Positions 36,865-51,600 of a stretch of DNA of 64,000 bases are shown here, piece by piece. A program made the translations under genes and the position numbers. Below the pieces are notes generated by a model. It did not search any database. It was not told the origin of the DNA and worked only from the letters and a program-made list of their open reading frames with translations. Numbering within the stretch: position 1 is the stretch's first letter; each line of letters begins with the position of its first letter. This DNA is from a virus, in the IMG/VR virus record IMGVR_UViG_3300022928_001147, positions 17,495 to 81,494 of that record; one strand, 5' to 3'.

Positions 36865-38966
36865 GCTACGACTCCTGTGTAGATAATATAATTAATAGTT
36901 TGGAATGGGTTCATAATGTCAATAGGTGCACCAACTTCACTAAAATCACTACCTGCAGGAACAAGCACATCGCCACTGTTAGGCAATCTCTGTGATAAGT
37001 CTTCTGGACCAGTCTGTAAAGTTGATCCTTGAACCCCTGTCGGTAACTCGTCTCGACCGTCTACTTCTCTGTGTGCATAGAATTGCTGACCAGTAGCCGA
37101 CTTCATATCGTGTTGGTGTTCTGGTAAGTTTTCTAAATCTATTGTAGTTGTATCAGTGCCATCAACAGCGCCTAGTACGCTTGCATTTGATCCTCTATTT
37201 CTAGTATCCGGATCATCAACCGGCGGAGTAAGGCCGCCCATTAACAAGTTACCTAGTGGGAATCTGCCTCTTAGATCAGGAAGATTAAAGTATCCAGCGC
37301 TTGGAGTAGGACCGTAATTTAAATCAATTAATACAAATAAATCGTTATATGTGCCTTGAGAAAGTTCTTGCCCGTTACAGAATTTCCATCCTGGAGGTTC
37401 TGAAAGACCAGCGTAAGGCATAATGCTGCCTATAGGTGTTAATCCTACAATGCTATTAAACAATGTTGATCTTGATATACGTTTTAAACCTTTATCTGAC
37501 CCAGTTGTTCTGTCAATTAAAAATTCATCGCTAGACAAACTATTAGGTTCAGATGTTTTTTCACTAATAACTGTATTTTTTAATCTTAAAGTAAACTCTT
37601 TTACGCCGCCGCCTGTTTGTCCGTCAAATGCTTTTTCAACAGTTTCAACATCACCTTGCATTCTAAATGTAGTTGAACTTGTTAATTTGTCAGCGCTTCC
37701 AGCTTTGCCGCTAACGTTACCACTAACTTGGCCTTCTAAGTTTCCTAAGAAAGTAGTTGCATAAATTTTACGCCATCTTAAATCACTTCTACCAATGTTT
37801 CTAGTGTTGTTAAGATCAGGTAATATCAAATCACTAGCAGTAGTATCAACAACTAAATCATTATTACCTAATGTAATACTTTTTTGTACTCTAATCGAAT
37901 CTCCGACATTAATTGACTTAGCAATGCCTGCACCACCTTTGACAACTAATGCACCATTGCTAATTGTAGTACTCTGTGTAACGTCATTTGTTGTAACAAT
38001 TCCGCTAATTTTAACATTACCTGTAACATCTAGTGCTTCATCAGGAGCTTCGTTATTAATACCAACTCTTAAACTTGAATCCACTCGCAGTACAGTATTA
38101 CTATTTCCTGCGTTTCTAACTCTAAAGTCAATATTTGAGCCTTCGATGTTATGCTGTATAACGCCTGCGCTACCTTCAACTCCGATATTAAGTTCTGCAT
38201 TAATACCATATGCAATACCGCTGTTATTTTGTACATTTAATGGAAATACAGTAGTCGATTCTACGTCACTTCTTAAGAAATTAGCGGCCGGTATTGGTAA
38301 ATTACTAACAATTAAACTTTCTGCCTTCTCAGCAGTACCATAGAATTTAACATTGTTAACGCCGTCGGCGTCAGTATCTCTATTTGCTAAGTTAATTCCA
38401 GGACGAATTTGCACGCCTGCAAATCCATTAATTGTTGCTTTAGGTGTAAATGTATCAAATGCAATAATAGCAACAATGTTAGCATTAACTTGAATTTCAA
38501 TGATTGTATATTCTGCATTATCTTGGCCAACAACAGTATTAGGTTGTGCACCAGTTGTTAATCCTTGACTAAAACTTGGACCAACAAGTATCCAGTTAGA
38601 ACCAGTAAACAAGTACAATTGCTGATTGTCGGTGTCTGCCCATAGATCACCTGCTAATGCTTGGGTAGTATCAGGCTCTGTAGTGCTCTTTTTAAGTCCG
38701 CTTGCTGATATCCAGATTGTTCCATCGTATATTAGCAATTGTTCTGTACTATTATTGTACCATAATTGACCTTCGATCGCATTTGACGGTTCTGTAGGAC
38801 TTGCGAAGTTTTCTAATAAATGTAGTAAATCTTCGGCAATTGCAGCACCGTAACCTGTACTGTTTCTGCCAGGTAATTTAATACTAGTGTCAGTGTTAAT
38901 TGTCTGATCTTCGACTACAATAGGGTCTTTTTCAGCACTATCAGTAAATTGTATTGTATATGCCAT
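36861..38966 (-). CDS. Tail fibre protein with tail-collar domain
   Basis: TPIGSIMPYAG...PPGWKFCNG...FNLPDLRGRFP...PFQTINYIIY (collar domain); shared N-terminal module. Confidence 0.8.
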   Translation of the reverse strand: MAYTIQFTDSAEKDPIVVEDQTINTDTSIKLPGRNSTGYGAAIAEDLLHLLENFASPTEPSNAIEGQLWYNNSTEQLLIYDGTIWISASGLKKSTTEPDTTQALAGDLWADTDNQQLYLFTGSNWILVGPSFSQGLTTGAQPNTVVGQDNAEYTIIEIQVNANIVAIIAFDTFTPKATINGFAGVQIRPGINLANRDTDADGVNNVKFYGTAEKAESLIVSNLPIPAANFLRSDVESTTVFPLNVQNNSGIAYGINAELNIGVEGSAGVIQHNIEGSNIDFRVRNAGNSNTVLRVDSSLRVGINNEAPDEALDVTGNVKISGIVTTNDVTQSTTISNGALVVKGGAGIAKSINVGDSIRVQKSITLGNNDLVVDTTASDLILPDLNNTRNIGRSDLRWRKIYATTFLGNLEGQVSGNVSGKAGSADKLTSSTTFRMQGDVETVEKAFDGQTGGGVKEFTLRLKNTVISEKTSEPNSLSSDEFLIDRTTGSDKGLKRISRSTLFNSIVGLTPIGSIMPYAGLSEPPGWKFCNGQELSQGTYNDLFVLIDLNYGPTPSAGYFNLPDLRGRFPLGNLLMGGLTPPVDDPDTRNRGSNASVLGAVDGTDTTTIDLENLPEHQHDMKSATGQQFYAHREVDGRDELPTGVQGSTLQTGPEDLSQRLPNSGDVLVPAGSDFSEVGAPIDIMNPFQTINYIIYTGVVA

Positions 38967-38970
38967 CTAA

Positions 38971-39585
38971 TTATGCCCCATTAAAACCAGTTAAACTCTG
39001 TACCCTAACTGTATAATCAATTTGAATCAATCTATTGAGTGACTTTTGTACAGGATGGAATACAACGTGTGTTAGTAACCTGCCGTTGCCGTCAGCACTA
39101 TATGCTTTTAACCCTAATTCGTCAAATACATAAAGGCTATCAGCATTAGTAGCAGTATCAAACGCATCTTGTCCATTAGGTTCACCGTAATCTAGCAAGC
39201 AAGTTACTAAAATATCAGTATAATTTGTGCCGCTAACGTGGCGAGTTTCAATTTTATTACGTGCAGGATCAAGATTATTTACACTTCGATCATCTACTAC
39301 TTTAGTAAATGTTTCGTTGTACAAACTAGCATTTGTACCAGTACTATTAGGTGTCAAATATGTAATAATACCAGTAGGGTCAACACTAGTGCCGCCGTTT
39401 CCAAAGCCCATTTGATAAATCCATCCTGTACCAGCATTGCCTAAACTTTCTGCAAGGCTAATACTCATATTTTCATAATGAATAGCATTGCGTTTGTCTA
39501 CAATTACTTCACCAGTTTCTGGATTGTGTATTTTAATGTGTCCTTGTAGCAGCACACCGCTTTGTTCGTTTAATTTATCTGTCAT
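38971..39585 (-). CDS. Putative tail/baseplate structural protein
   Basis: GHIKI...NAIH...FGNGG...FDELGL...THVVFHPVQKS; start moved to ATG 39585 (RBS and late-like box). Confidence 0.55.
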   Translation of the reverse strand: MTDKLNEQSGVLLQGHIKIHNPETGEVIVDKRNAIHYENMSISLAESLGNAGTGWIYQMGFGNGGTSVDPTGIITYLTPNSTGTNASLYNETFTKVVDDRSVNNLDPARNKIETRHVSGTNYTDILVTCLLDYGEPNGQDAFDTATNADSLYVFDELGLKAYSADGNGRLLTHVVFHPVQKSLNRLIQIDYTVRVQSLTGFNGA

Positions 39586-39604
39586 AGTTCCTATCCTGCT
39601 GTTG

Positions 39605-39612
39605 TATTTATC
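39605..39612 (-). promoter_or_regulatory. Late-like promoter box GATAAATA
   Basis: Overlaps the TAA stop of the giant gene, upstream of 39585. Confidence 0.5.
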
Positions 39613-42600
39613 GCGGCAGGTCAACTGTTGCTGCACGTAAGAATCTACTGATGTCAGAATCTGATTCACCTAATGGTGTTCCAGGTACATTCCATAGTAT
39701 TCCTTGACGTCTAACAACAATAACCTTAACGTTTTCGGTCGGTGTTTCTGTTAATGTTAATGTAGTACCGTCTACACTAAATTCCGCTGGCAATGTAACA
39801 TCGCCTTCTGGGCTATCTTGCGCAGTAAGAGTAGTAAAATTGTAGCTACTAATTGCGTTTTTACGCAAACGTCTGCCACCTACAAATACTTCAAACTCGT
39901 TTATACTACTTGGCTCAAAGTCTAGTGTGTAGTCTGCCGTTGTACCATTTGCTAAGAATTGTGTAGTTAATGTTTCGTCTTTGTATGGCATAGTTGCTGT
40001 AGGACCTTGGTTGTAAACATTTTCACCTGCTAAGTAAATTGCTTTAACACCAGTACCTAACGTACCTCTGCGTAATTGACTCAATACATTTCCATTTCTT
40101 ACAAAATATTCGATACGCTCGCCTGCAATAAACAATATTCCAGGAACACTACTTGTTGGACTTGGTTCAGGAAGATTAGATCCATCTGTTACTGTAATAC
40201 TTTGATCGTACCAGTTTAGATCAGCAGCAAGCATAACACCATTTCTATCGTCAAGACGCTTGTAATGTGTTCTATTAAGCATATCTTTAAACTGACTCCA
40301 TCCATACTTGTCAACTAATATAGGATCTGCAAAATGTAGCAATTCAATTACATCATTTTCTTCAATGCCTATATCAATTTTAACATAACGTTTGTTATCA
40401 GTTACATAATAATGTACACTTGGTATTAGTAATTCGCCGTTTAGTGTAACCCATACATATTGTGCATCAAGTGCAGGCTTTGATAATTCAATTAGTCCAG
40501 CAGTTAAATGATTATATCTATACCAGTCGTCTGTCCCAACTGTTAGAGATACTCTGTCTACAACATCATACTGCTGTCTATCAAAGCCTTGCGAGTCATG
40601 GTTGCTAAACTGATACACTGTTATGATATCGCCTTCGTTGTATGCGCTATCAAGATGTAATATGCCAGGTGTTGATACAAACTCGTTATTTGTATCAAAA
40701 TATCCATAACGGTATTCGCCATCATTAGTAACATACACATTTAATATGTCACCGTCTTGTTGATTAACTCTAGCCTTTAGTCTAATAGTACTACCTGTGC
40801 TGTTTGATTTTGATCCGGTAAACGTCCATTCAGTATTATAAGTTAATTCTACGTTATTTAAAAATACTTTTATTTGCCTGTTATCGATCGTTCCTGCTGG
40901 AATTTGGAATTCTTCTAACTGATATTCACGCTTAGATGCCGTTGTTACAAATCGGCGTGTATACCCTGCATTAAGGATTTTGTTGTTAACTTTCACAACA
41001 CTAAACCAAGCACTTGGTTCATTATTAAATGGTGTTTGGTTTAGTGCAAATTCTACAGTGCTGCCATCAGCAGTAAATGTATCAATTGACACTTCACTAA
41101 AGTTTTGTGTTTCGCCTTTAAAGAATGCATAACTTATTACACTACCTGCTTCTGGCGGTGTAGCTAATGATATTACAGCATTATTAGGATAATCATAAGT
41201 ATCATCACTTTGTTCAACTACATTATTTAATGCTTCACCATTTACAGTAATAAAGTACTGTAGCTCAGTATCAAATCTTACATTAGTTAAGAATTTATTA
41301 GTTGTACCGTCAGCAATAATATTATCAATATCAAGGATGTCAGTACCGCTTACTCCTAGTACTGCTAGATGTACTTTTGCGTTTAATGCAGGTGCAGTAT
41401 TGAATGTAATAGTCTTAGCAGCATAATCTACAGTATATGCATCAGCTGATATAATATTAAATCCTACTTTTACAAACAAACTATTTGCTTGCAGTGGCGT
41501 AGTGTCTAAACTAAACGTTGTAGTTACACCATCACCTGTATAATTTCTTGACGTAATCTGACTGCTACCAGCTTGCGGTCTTTCATAAACTTTAATATCA
41601 ACTGTGTCGAGCAGTTGTCCTGGTACTAATTCTTCCGGGCCTGCACTTGTAGTTTGTGTTACAAATCCGTCACCGTCGATAGTAATGTCTTCAGCTCTTA
41701 GACCAGTTGCAGTTGAATAATTTAATGCTCCGCCTGTCAATATAGTATCGTAGCTGTTAGGATCAGGCAAATATGTACCATCACTAGTTGTCTTTCTAAT
41801 GATGATAATATCACCTGCTTGGTTAGCAAGATCAAGGCCATCATTATCAAGGAACACTACTTGTGTTACACCATCGCCTGTAATACTCTGACATATTGCG
41901 TTCGGATTTGTTACAGGGTTAACTGTACCGTAGTTAATATCATCTACTCTTACACCATTTTTATAAACGTTATAAACAACTCCACTTGCTAATGGCGCTG
42001 CAAGATCAAGACTTATAGTCGAACCGTCAAGTTCGAATATTTCATCTTCAAACGATGTGTCATAGCTATCCCAAGTTTCTTCATACCATCCTTCAGAATC
42101 CCATCCTCGGCCGCCGCTAAAGTCAAAGCTCTTAACTTCTACTCCGCCATAATCAAGACCAGTCATAAGTTGATTTAAATCGTTACCAGGCATTCCTGTA
42201 GTAGGTGTATAATAATTATTAATTCTGTCTTGAGCTTGCATTAAGTTGATAGATTTTTTATATTCAACTCTTATTAGTTTATTAGCTTCTGGAGCATTAG
42301 TAAATTCAATTTGCCCGTAATAACGATCATACCCTTTGGTAGTATCAAGTACATTAGTATAAGTGTACTCGCTATTTAATGCCTCTTGATTGCTAACAAA
42401 TACCTTTACATTTGATTTTAATAAATCCATTGGCCAAACTAAATCAAACTCAAATTTATTGCCACTTGCTGTAAATGTCTCAGTATGATTCAATACTGTA
42501 TAAACATATGTTCCTGTAGTCCTGTCAAACTTAACAATAGTGTGCATTCCTCTAACAGGACTTTCGCCTATTTGAACACTGTAAGTAGCAGCTTCGCCAT

Positions 42601-45600
42601 CATCTTCAATATTGTTTAATTCTGATATCGTAGGAGCAGTGTAATAACCATTACCTGAACTTATTACATCAACTTTAGTTACTGTGCCGTTAGTTCCAAT
42701 ATGTGCTTTTAATATTGCGCCCGAGCCGCTATCACTTGACAACAACAGCACAGGAGCACTCCTATATCCGCTACCAGGATTAACTACTTCAACTTTTACA
42801 ACTTTGTATCCATTATTGTCTAACCAATTTTTATTTGGATATGTTTCAATATTAGCATTTACTCCAACTAAAACACCGTCTTGCACTTTTACAGATTGTG
42901 GAAGAATTTTTCCTTCAACTGTATCGTATGCCGGAGGTAAGTCAAAATCAGTAACTACAGTACTTGTGTTGTCAAGTCCTTGATATGCGCTTAGGTACTC
43001 TCTAATTTTAGTGCCAAACGGTTTAACTTCTTTAATGTATGATTCGTAGCTTGGAAGATTATCGTTGTTAAACGTGATATCTTCTCGTAGCATTCCAACA
43101 TTATGTTTAGCTTTAATAAAACTAGTTTTAAACGCCCAGTCAATATAAGTCTGTTCGCTAAATGCATAGCGCAGGCTTGCAAAGAATAATGCATTAAAGT
43201 CAACTAATAAATCATCAATGAACAAATCATTTTTAATAGATTCTAAAATAGTTCTAAGTTCAATAACTGGCTCACTATCGTAAATTTTTGTATCAAAACT
43301 TATAGTATCAAACCCTGTAGACGATTCAGCTGAATCATACAATGTAGATTTAAATTGAATTGTTCCGTCTTGTCTGCCTACTGTTTTATAATTTATAGTA
43401 TAATCTTCAGTATCTTGACTATCTATTTTCTCCAACAATAGCCATCCGCCTGAACCTATTGTAGATATTTTAATAACATCACCAATAGCGTCATTTAATG
43501 CAGTAAGCTCATAGCTATTATCAATTAGATAATCAATTTCAGTTAACTCGCTATATCCAGTAGCATACCAGTCTGCATAATCCCAATACAATCTTACATT
43601 ATAGCTTTGACTTTTTATTCTGTTCCATGATCTTGATTCACTAATTCTTTCGTAAATTGCCCATTTACCTTGAATCGTAGTATCACTGTTAACTAATACA
43701 GTAAATCTTCTTACAGTTAACGTAGGAGTATCATTATAATTTTCTCCAGATTGAATAACATTAACTCCATTTACTCGACCTAAATTATCAATAGTCGTTT
43801 GTAGTTCTGCTCCCGAACCCTCGCCAGTAATAGTTACAGTAGGTGGAACTCTATAACCTCTACCTGGGTCTACAATATTAACTGTTATAATTTTACCATT
43901 AACTACTACAGGCGTTAACACAGCTTGTGTTGCCTTTGCAACACCAACAAATGCTAAATCATCTATTGTATCAACTTCTGCATCCCATTGCGCAGAAACT
44001 GCTGTTGGAGCAGGGTCGGCATTAAACAATGTGGTAAAGATCTTGTCATCTACAATTAAGTTTTCCTTAAGAATAAGATTAGTTCTTTCAACAAACTGTT
44101 TTAATGCTTCGGCTCTATTAATAAACCAACTCTGTCTCGGTTTGTTAAGTGAACCGTACTTTTGCTTAGTGCTTAAACTTGGATCAGGAACAACACGATA
44201 TTGTTCGTCATATCCAATTAAACTATCGTACCATTTTCTAATAATATCTCTGTTAGGCTGACTTGTTTCTAGTCCTTCTGATATAATCTGATATTGATTA
44301 TGAACGTTTTGATTTTGATTATCAATAGTCCAGAATTGTGTACTTAACGCAACGTCAGTTCCCTTGATAAATCTTTCAACATTATACATTACAAAGCTGC
44401 TCGGACTAATTAAGCCAACAAATGTATATCCTTTAGCAACTGGATCAGCAATATAATCAGCAACATCACTGATATTAATATTTCTAAATTCTACATCTGG
44501 AATAGTTTTCTTGTTAGCGACCCAGAAATAATAAGTTGTCTTAAATGTACCTGCTATACTGTCGTACTTGCGCTTAGTACTGTAAGTACTATCTCCATAT
44601 AAACTTGTTCCGCTATAACCTTTTGCGAATCCATTTTCAGTATCAGCTTGAGCATCCCATACGCTAGGTAACACGGTTGATTCTACCCACTCGAAGACAT
44701 CGATACTATTACCTTGGAATAATTTACTCCAGTTTTGTGTGCTATAAATTACATCTCCTTGATACGGGTTGTAGAATTTAGCGTTAGTTAGATTCCACCA
44801 TACTTCGCCTACGTGTTCACTGCCCCAACTATTAGTTACATCAATAGTAGTACCAGAAACAGTAGAAGTGTCATATAATGCAGGATCGTAATATGTTTTA
44901 AATGTTAATTCTTGTTCAGCAACCCCTGCAACTTTTCCTTGAATTGGATCAATATAATCTAAGTAAGTTAATAACTGATTGTCCTTTGTATCGTATAGGA
45001 ACATCTTTTTAATTTTATCAATATCAACTGTTGGTTTAGCAACTCTATGCGTAGTCCACATTGTACTAAATTTGTTGTTAGAAAAATCTAATACTTGTCC
45101 AATTCTAGATCCATCAATTTTATTAGGTAATCCAACATATAAGTGATTATTTTTAGCAAGTATATTTCTGCCAAAGTAATTTACGTCAGCATCTGCTATT
45201 TGTACTGTTTGTGCAAGTATCATCGCTGACGATACTTTTTCGTAAACATATACAACTCCTACGTCAGCAATTATATTTTTAAAACTTGTAAAATTGCCGT
45301 CAAACACAGTTTGGTAATTGTCAAAATATGTCTTAGCATCTGAATCTGCATTTCTAGCAGAGATATGTAGTTTCTCACCGTCAAACTGTAATTTCCAGCC
45401 AAACATCTCTGCACGCTCATTTTTAGGACTATTTAATATTTGTGATAATTCAAATACTCCATTAACTTGCTTGTATATATAAACTACACCTTGATCAGCA
45501 AGGAGGTCATCATTTAACGGAGCACTAATTGCAATCACAGTTCCGTCGTCTGATATTGCTATTGCTTGACCAAATGCCGATGTTTTATCAGGTGCTTCTA

Positions 45601-48600
45601 ACTCTTGTGACTTTTCAAACTGCCCATTGTTTGATCTGTAAACTACAACTTGATTAGGTTTAGTAACATCATATAATGCATTTACAATTAATACTTCTCC
45701 AGATGTTGCAACATCAAATTGCGATGCAATTTCTTCTAAACCTGTTTGATCTAATACTACATTGCTATTTGATCCTACACGCAAACCTGTAGAATTTGGA
45801 ATGTATCCAACGTAATCAACTAAGTCTGGCGTTAATATCCAATCGTTAGAATTAAATGCTCCCGCAGCAAGATTAGTTTTTGCAATATATAAATTATTAT
45901 TTAGATATACTATATCATTTGTAAAGTAGTTAGCTCCTGTACTAAATGTACCTTTAAAAGTTTTATTCTTTGCATAATCCCAGTTGTATGTTAATCCGTT
46001 TTCTTCACCTTTCTTAATGAAGTACAATCTGCCCGGTAAGCTGGTGCTTTTAGTACCTTCGGCATGAACAAATCCTCTATACAAATCGTTGTATTTGGTA
46101 ATCTTTACACTACTACCAAGTTTAAGGTTAGATTGCTTTTCAGGAACTGTATAGCTTGCTACAGGATTGTATCTACCAGGAGCAGCTCTTGAATAAAGTG
46201 TATATAATCCTTCATTAGTAAGACTACTAGGAGTCCCAGTTGCTTCGGCAGTGATTTGGTATACTTGAGTCCATTCATTATTAGATGCACTTGGAGTATT
46301 AGCTAGTCTAGGAATACCTAATACTGTTCCAGAAGTATAGAACCAATATTCTATATCTAATAATCTTGAAGTTAAAGTTATTGCTATATCTGCGCCGGCA
46401 TCAAATACTAACAGTTTACCTATGCCTTCGCTCGGTAATCCTAAACTTACATATTGTACTTGGCCTATTGTTCTGTCGGCTTGATATGTAGGGCTAGGAT
46501 CTCCTGGAATTGCTAAGAATTCAATTTCAGTATTATCAGCATATACATCGCCGTTACTCCACGTACCAGATACATTCTTAACAAATAATGTTGCATTAAG
46601 GTTGTTTCTCTGATAATATGCGACTATAGCAGTTGCACCAGTTTTTAAATCTCTTACTGTTTGACCAACTTTAGGTTCATACGGGTTATTGCCTGCATCA
46701 AATTTTGTAAAATTGAGGTTAATATAACCGTCCCACACATCGTACACTGTTTGCAATTTATTAGTAACAGTTGTCGATAGTCCAATAGTTGTTAAGTCAC
46801 GAACAATGCCACTGTCGTATATTGGTAATTGATTAACATATAAATTAAGTGTAGATCCCGGAGTTACACTAACTGCACTAGGAGCTCTAACTACATATAA
46901 ACTACTTAAGAAATCGTCGTTTGATCCTCCAGGTCCTGGAAGTCCTCGAAAACTTAATTTTTCGATATACGCATTATAAGTATTTTGACTGCTTATTATA
47001 TTAGGCTTGTAATCTAAAGAATTAACAAATAGTCTATTAGTATCTATACCGTCTGGAATAACATCATATACTACAAGGGCTCTAGCTTGATCTACATTTT
47101 CTGTAAATATTGTAGGAGTATAAGACGGAGTATTAATAAACCAGAAGCCGCCAAGCTCAGTACCTGTATCGATACTGTCAGTAGGTCCTTGCTTAATATA
47201 TTCTCCAATAAAGTCGCCGTCGTCTCTAAACAAACTGTCATTGGTTTCAAAACTACCATTAACATTTGTTAAGTATATTATTGTTTCAGCACCACTTAAA
47301 TACACATAATCAACTGTACCGAACGCAGTTTGTGTTTGTAATATATCACCAATTTCTGGTTGATTAGTCGAAGCATTAATATATAACACTACATCAATTT
47401 TCTTTTGTATAGTGTGTGTCTGTTGTAAAAACGTTGCATCAATTTCTGCAAATGACCCGTTAAACGGCTCACGAGATTCGAGCGGCGCTAATGATTGGTT
47501 AGCATATGTTATTTGATTCCATGCTAATTTAATTTGGTCATTAATTCCACTACCTTGATATTGCTCAAAAGGTGCTCTAACCAACAAGTGATTTGTAGGA
47601 ATAGTTGTAAATGCTAATGCTCCAGTATTTGGATTAATTGCATAATTACCTACTAATAACCCTTGTATAGTGGATGTAGCATTAGACTCGATGTCTAAAT
47701 TATCTACAATATTGGCCATCGAATTAAAACTATTAAATTCAATGTTTGCAGTAGCACCTTGAATACTAACTAATGATTTCCACAACTGCTCACCTTGAGA
47801 AACAACTGATCCTTTAACATAATCATCGCCTGCGACAAATTCGCCTGCATATTTTGTTTTTACGTTAGAAGCATTAGGTGAACCAACTATTACATACGCA
47901 CCGTCTGGACTAATTGCTACTGCTGCGCCGAAGCGTTCTAAATCATCACCATATTTAAATGGTTCTATTACTTGTGTTTGCACAAAGGCTAACGAATCAG
48001 CAGCACGATTGTAAACATAAACTCTGCCGTCGCCTTCATCAGGTGAACCAACAATTAATGTAGTATTTCTATCATCAACACTTAATGCAGTACCAAACGA
48101 GATATCTAAAGAATTAGACGGTTTAGTTAATCGTAACTTCTCTATAAACGAATTTTCATTTTTAAGTACTGCCCATTTACCAACACCATTAACATCATCG
48201 ATCCATATATAATCACTAGGTGTTAGACTTTTTTGTACAATTGTATTTGCTTCCGTTATATTAGAAGCACGTACTTTCAAGAAGCGGGTAATAGATCCAA
48301 CGCACTCTGGTATTTCAGTTTGTGCTGCTGACGTTGTTACTGCAATCTTGCTACCAGTTATAGAAGCTACAGTATAAAATCCTTCTAAATCAAATTTTTC
48401 TGTAGTCGATGCTGCTGTTGAATCTTCAGCATTATACTCAACATAATTGCTAAAACTATGTAATCCAATAACATCGCCAACTGCAATATCAGTCGGAGTT
48501 TTAGTAAGTGTTAGTGTAAACTGAGTAGTTCCTTCTGATACCGATTCAACTATATAATCAGTGTCAATGTGCTTGTAAACATTCCAATCAAGATTATCAT

Positions 48601-51600
48601 TGCCGATCCAGATATAATCATTTTGTCTAATATCTGAAAACGCAAAGTCGGCAATATTACTATATGACGTAGCAATACCGCGGACATCTTGAGGATTTAC
48701 GTACCCTGCATTTTTTACATAACTTGTATCTACATATTTTTCTGGAAACGGCTTATGATCATAATTAGGAGTTTTCTGATAAACTTCGTATGGAAGAATT
48801 CTGTAAACTAGATCAGTTTCAGTACCGGTAGTGCTTGTTACAAGGTCAATAGGCTGCGGAGTAAGTCTAAACTTACTTTCATCTAATAATAATTCAAATT
48901 CTTCAAATCCGTCGCTGGCTCCATATTGACCATCTTTGATTGCCCATTCTTCGTAGAACTCTAAGCTATCTTTATCGTTACTACTTAATACGTCAAATAG
49001 TTTTGTTAGGGAGTTCTTAGTTCCCTTGTCCTGCAACATGCCTTGATAGAATTTATATTGACTTACATCGTCATTAATAATATTTTCAAGGTATTGACGC
49101 TTTTGGTAACCAATTAGATGCTGAGCCATGCGCTGTTGTTCAGTATCAAAATTATCCGAGTCTAAGTCGTAAAAATCTGCAAATTGATTTGTCTTGTATT
49201 CAAAGTTTGCATATAATCCAGCTTCTGGTTTTGCCTCTAAACGATTCCAATCAGATGCATTAAAGTTTTCTGTTCCAGATAACTTAGTTGATGCACTGTA
49301 ATAAAATTCTTTATATTTTACAATACTTCCTATTGCATAATCGGTCCAACTTTCCCAATTAGTAACTGTAGCATCGTCATATACAAAACCAGGAATGTTT
49401 AAGCTACCGTCCCATTCTTGTGTAACATAGCCAAGAACTTTAATTCTCTCTTGTCTATAACCAGGCTGTGTATCATAAATTACATCGCCGAAAACAGTTT
49501 TGTTATCAATTAATAAAACATGTTCTTTTTGTACAAGTGGAAGTTTAACAGCAAATACTCCGTCTGCTGTATTTCTTGGTCTGATAACAAACTCATTAGG
49601 AGAACGGCCTAGTGATGAAAATTCCTGCACTAACGGAGTGCCATCTGATTTTAATAACGTATATCCGTATGTGCCATCAAAGATGTTATCTACCATAGAA
49701 TATTCTGTTACAAATTTTAATTGTGTAGACGCAGGACTTAATGTAATAACACTACCTTCGCCCCAATTTTGTGTAGTCCAGAATAAAAATTCATTTACAC
49801 TATGTCGCCAGTTTAGTACAACTTTTGCATCACCTTCGTAGTAATCAAACACAAATCCTTGATCCATTAGGTATTCGCCGTAACCTAATAAGAAGTCAAC
49901 TACATCTTGAATAGTAACAAATAATTGACCATAATCTGCTTCTAGAACAATATTCTTGTTAAACTTTTTTCTTACAAATGCGTTTCTACCACCAATTAAC
50001 GGCAACGATGCAAGTTTACTGAGGTTAGTTGTATCAAATTCTGTACTGCTTGTAAAATTAGATTTTGCTCGGTAGTAAGAACCTTGATATTCAATATTTT
50101 GGCCAGCAATGTATTGTTTACCAGCAGCCCATGTTAGGTAGCTTTCGCTTATTCCGCCGATGTTGATACTAGGATCAGCTTGGGTAGAAATTGCTGCATA
50201 ATATTTAAACGATGCAATACTAGTGTCATATCCTTTAATAACATAACCGTCGCTTCTGCGTTCAATAATAACACCGCTGTACGAAACAGTTTTAATAGGA
50301 GTACTTGTGTTTAAGAAAATTTTGTAGTTTTCATCTGGAACAAATACATTGCCTTCATTTAAAGGAGTGCGACTATCTAATATTAATCTAAACTTATCTT
50401 TATCAGTAAATCCTGCTAGTTTGTATCCTAGTTGATTTTTAATAGATGTAATATTTGATTTGTACTTAGTGTACGATGCTGTTACATCAGAAGCTAGATA
50501 GTTTGCAATATAATTTATTATACCGCTAGTATAAACTTGAGTAGTATCTTCATATGTGTTAGGAAATACTATGTCAGCTAATTGGATTCTTGTACCAGTT
50601 GTAGCATAAACTAACTCATTTGAATTATTACGAACTTGATGAATTCTGTCAAAACCATTAGCAAATAACATATGAGGTTTATTAATTGCAAATGCTGTAA
50701 TTACACTAAATGGATATTGACTACTTGATCTCCATGCGGTTTCAACTGGGGCGCCGTCACCGAATACAAAACTTTCGTCTAATAATTGATTATCAAAGTA
50801 ATTAATAAATCCCGATTCAATCGGAGACATTAAATTGCCTTCGCTGTCAACTGGAATATGACGCAATAGTCCTGGACGCTTATAATTGTTGCGTATTACA
50901 TACTTCACGCCTGGCTGTCTTACAATACCTGCTTCAAGATCTTGCCATAGCAACAAGTTTTCTTTAGTATAAGGAGCAGGACCGTATTGTGTTTCCCACC
51001 ACGCAGGCATAATTGTAAAACCAAGCATTTCCCACGGATGAGTATGCGGGCGATCAGTATCATATGCTTGCTGATAAATTTGTCTCCAGAATCCTGGAAG
51101 TGTAGCACCTGTAGGACTTGTGCTACCGGCATAGTTAAATGTAAACGAATTTGATCTGTCAAAGAAATCATGCAACGTATAATCTTGATCGATAAGTTTT
51201 GACCACTGTAGGAAGTCAGCTAACATAACTCTGTCAATCTGCGTTTTAGTAACCTGTGTGTTTCTATAGTTACCGCCTATTAAGCTATGAATATCTAAGA
51301 AATTAGTATCGTAAGATACTTTAATATTATTAAATATACGTTTTTCAAGCTCAAGTATTAACTCATCACGGTAGTCATTAAATGCTGCAATTTTGCTGCC
51401 ATCGTGTCCTTGGATAATTTCTCTAGGTACTAGATACGTGTTATCTAAATACTTTGTAGGCTCGTATGCAGGGTATAATCCTAGTTTACTAGGAGTAGGA
51501 GGTACAAAACTACCGTTAGTTGTTTCATACTCGTAAATATCAACAACATCGTCAGGCTGCTTAGTTGCAGTTAATAATATGTAACCTTCGCTATTAAATG

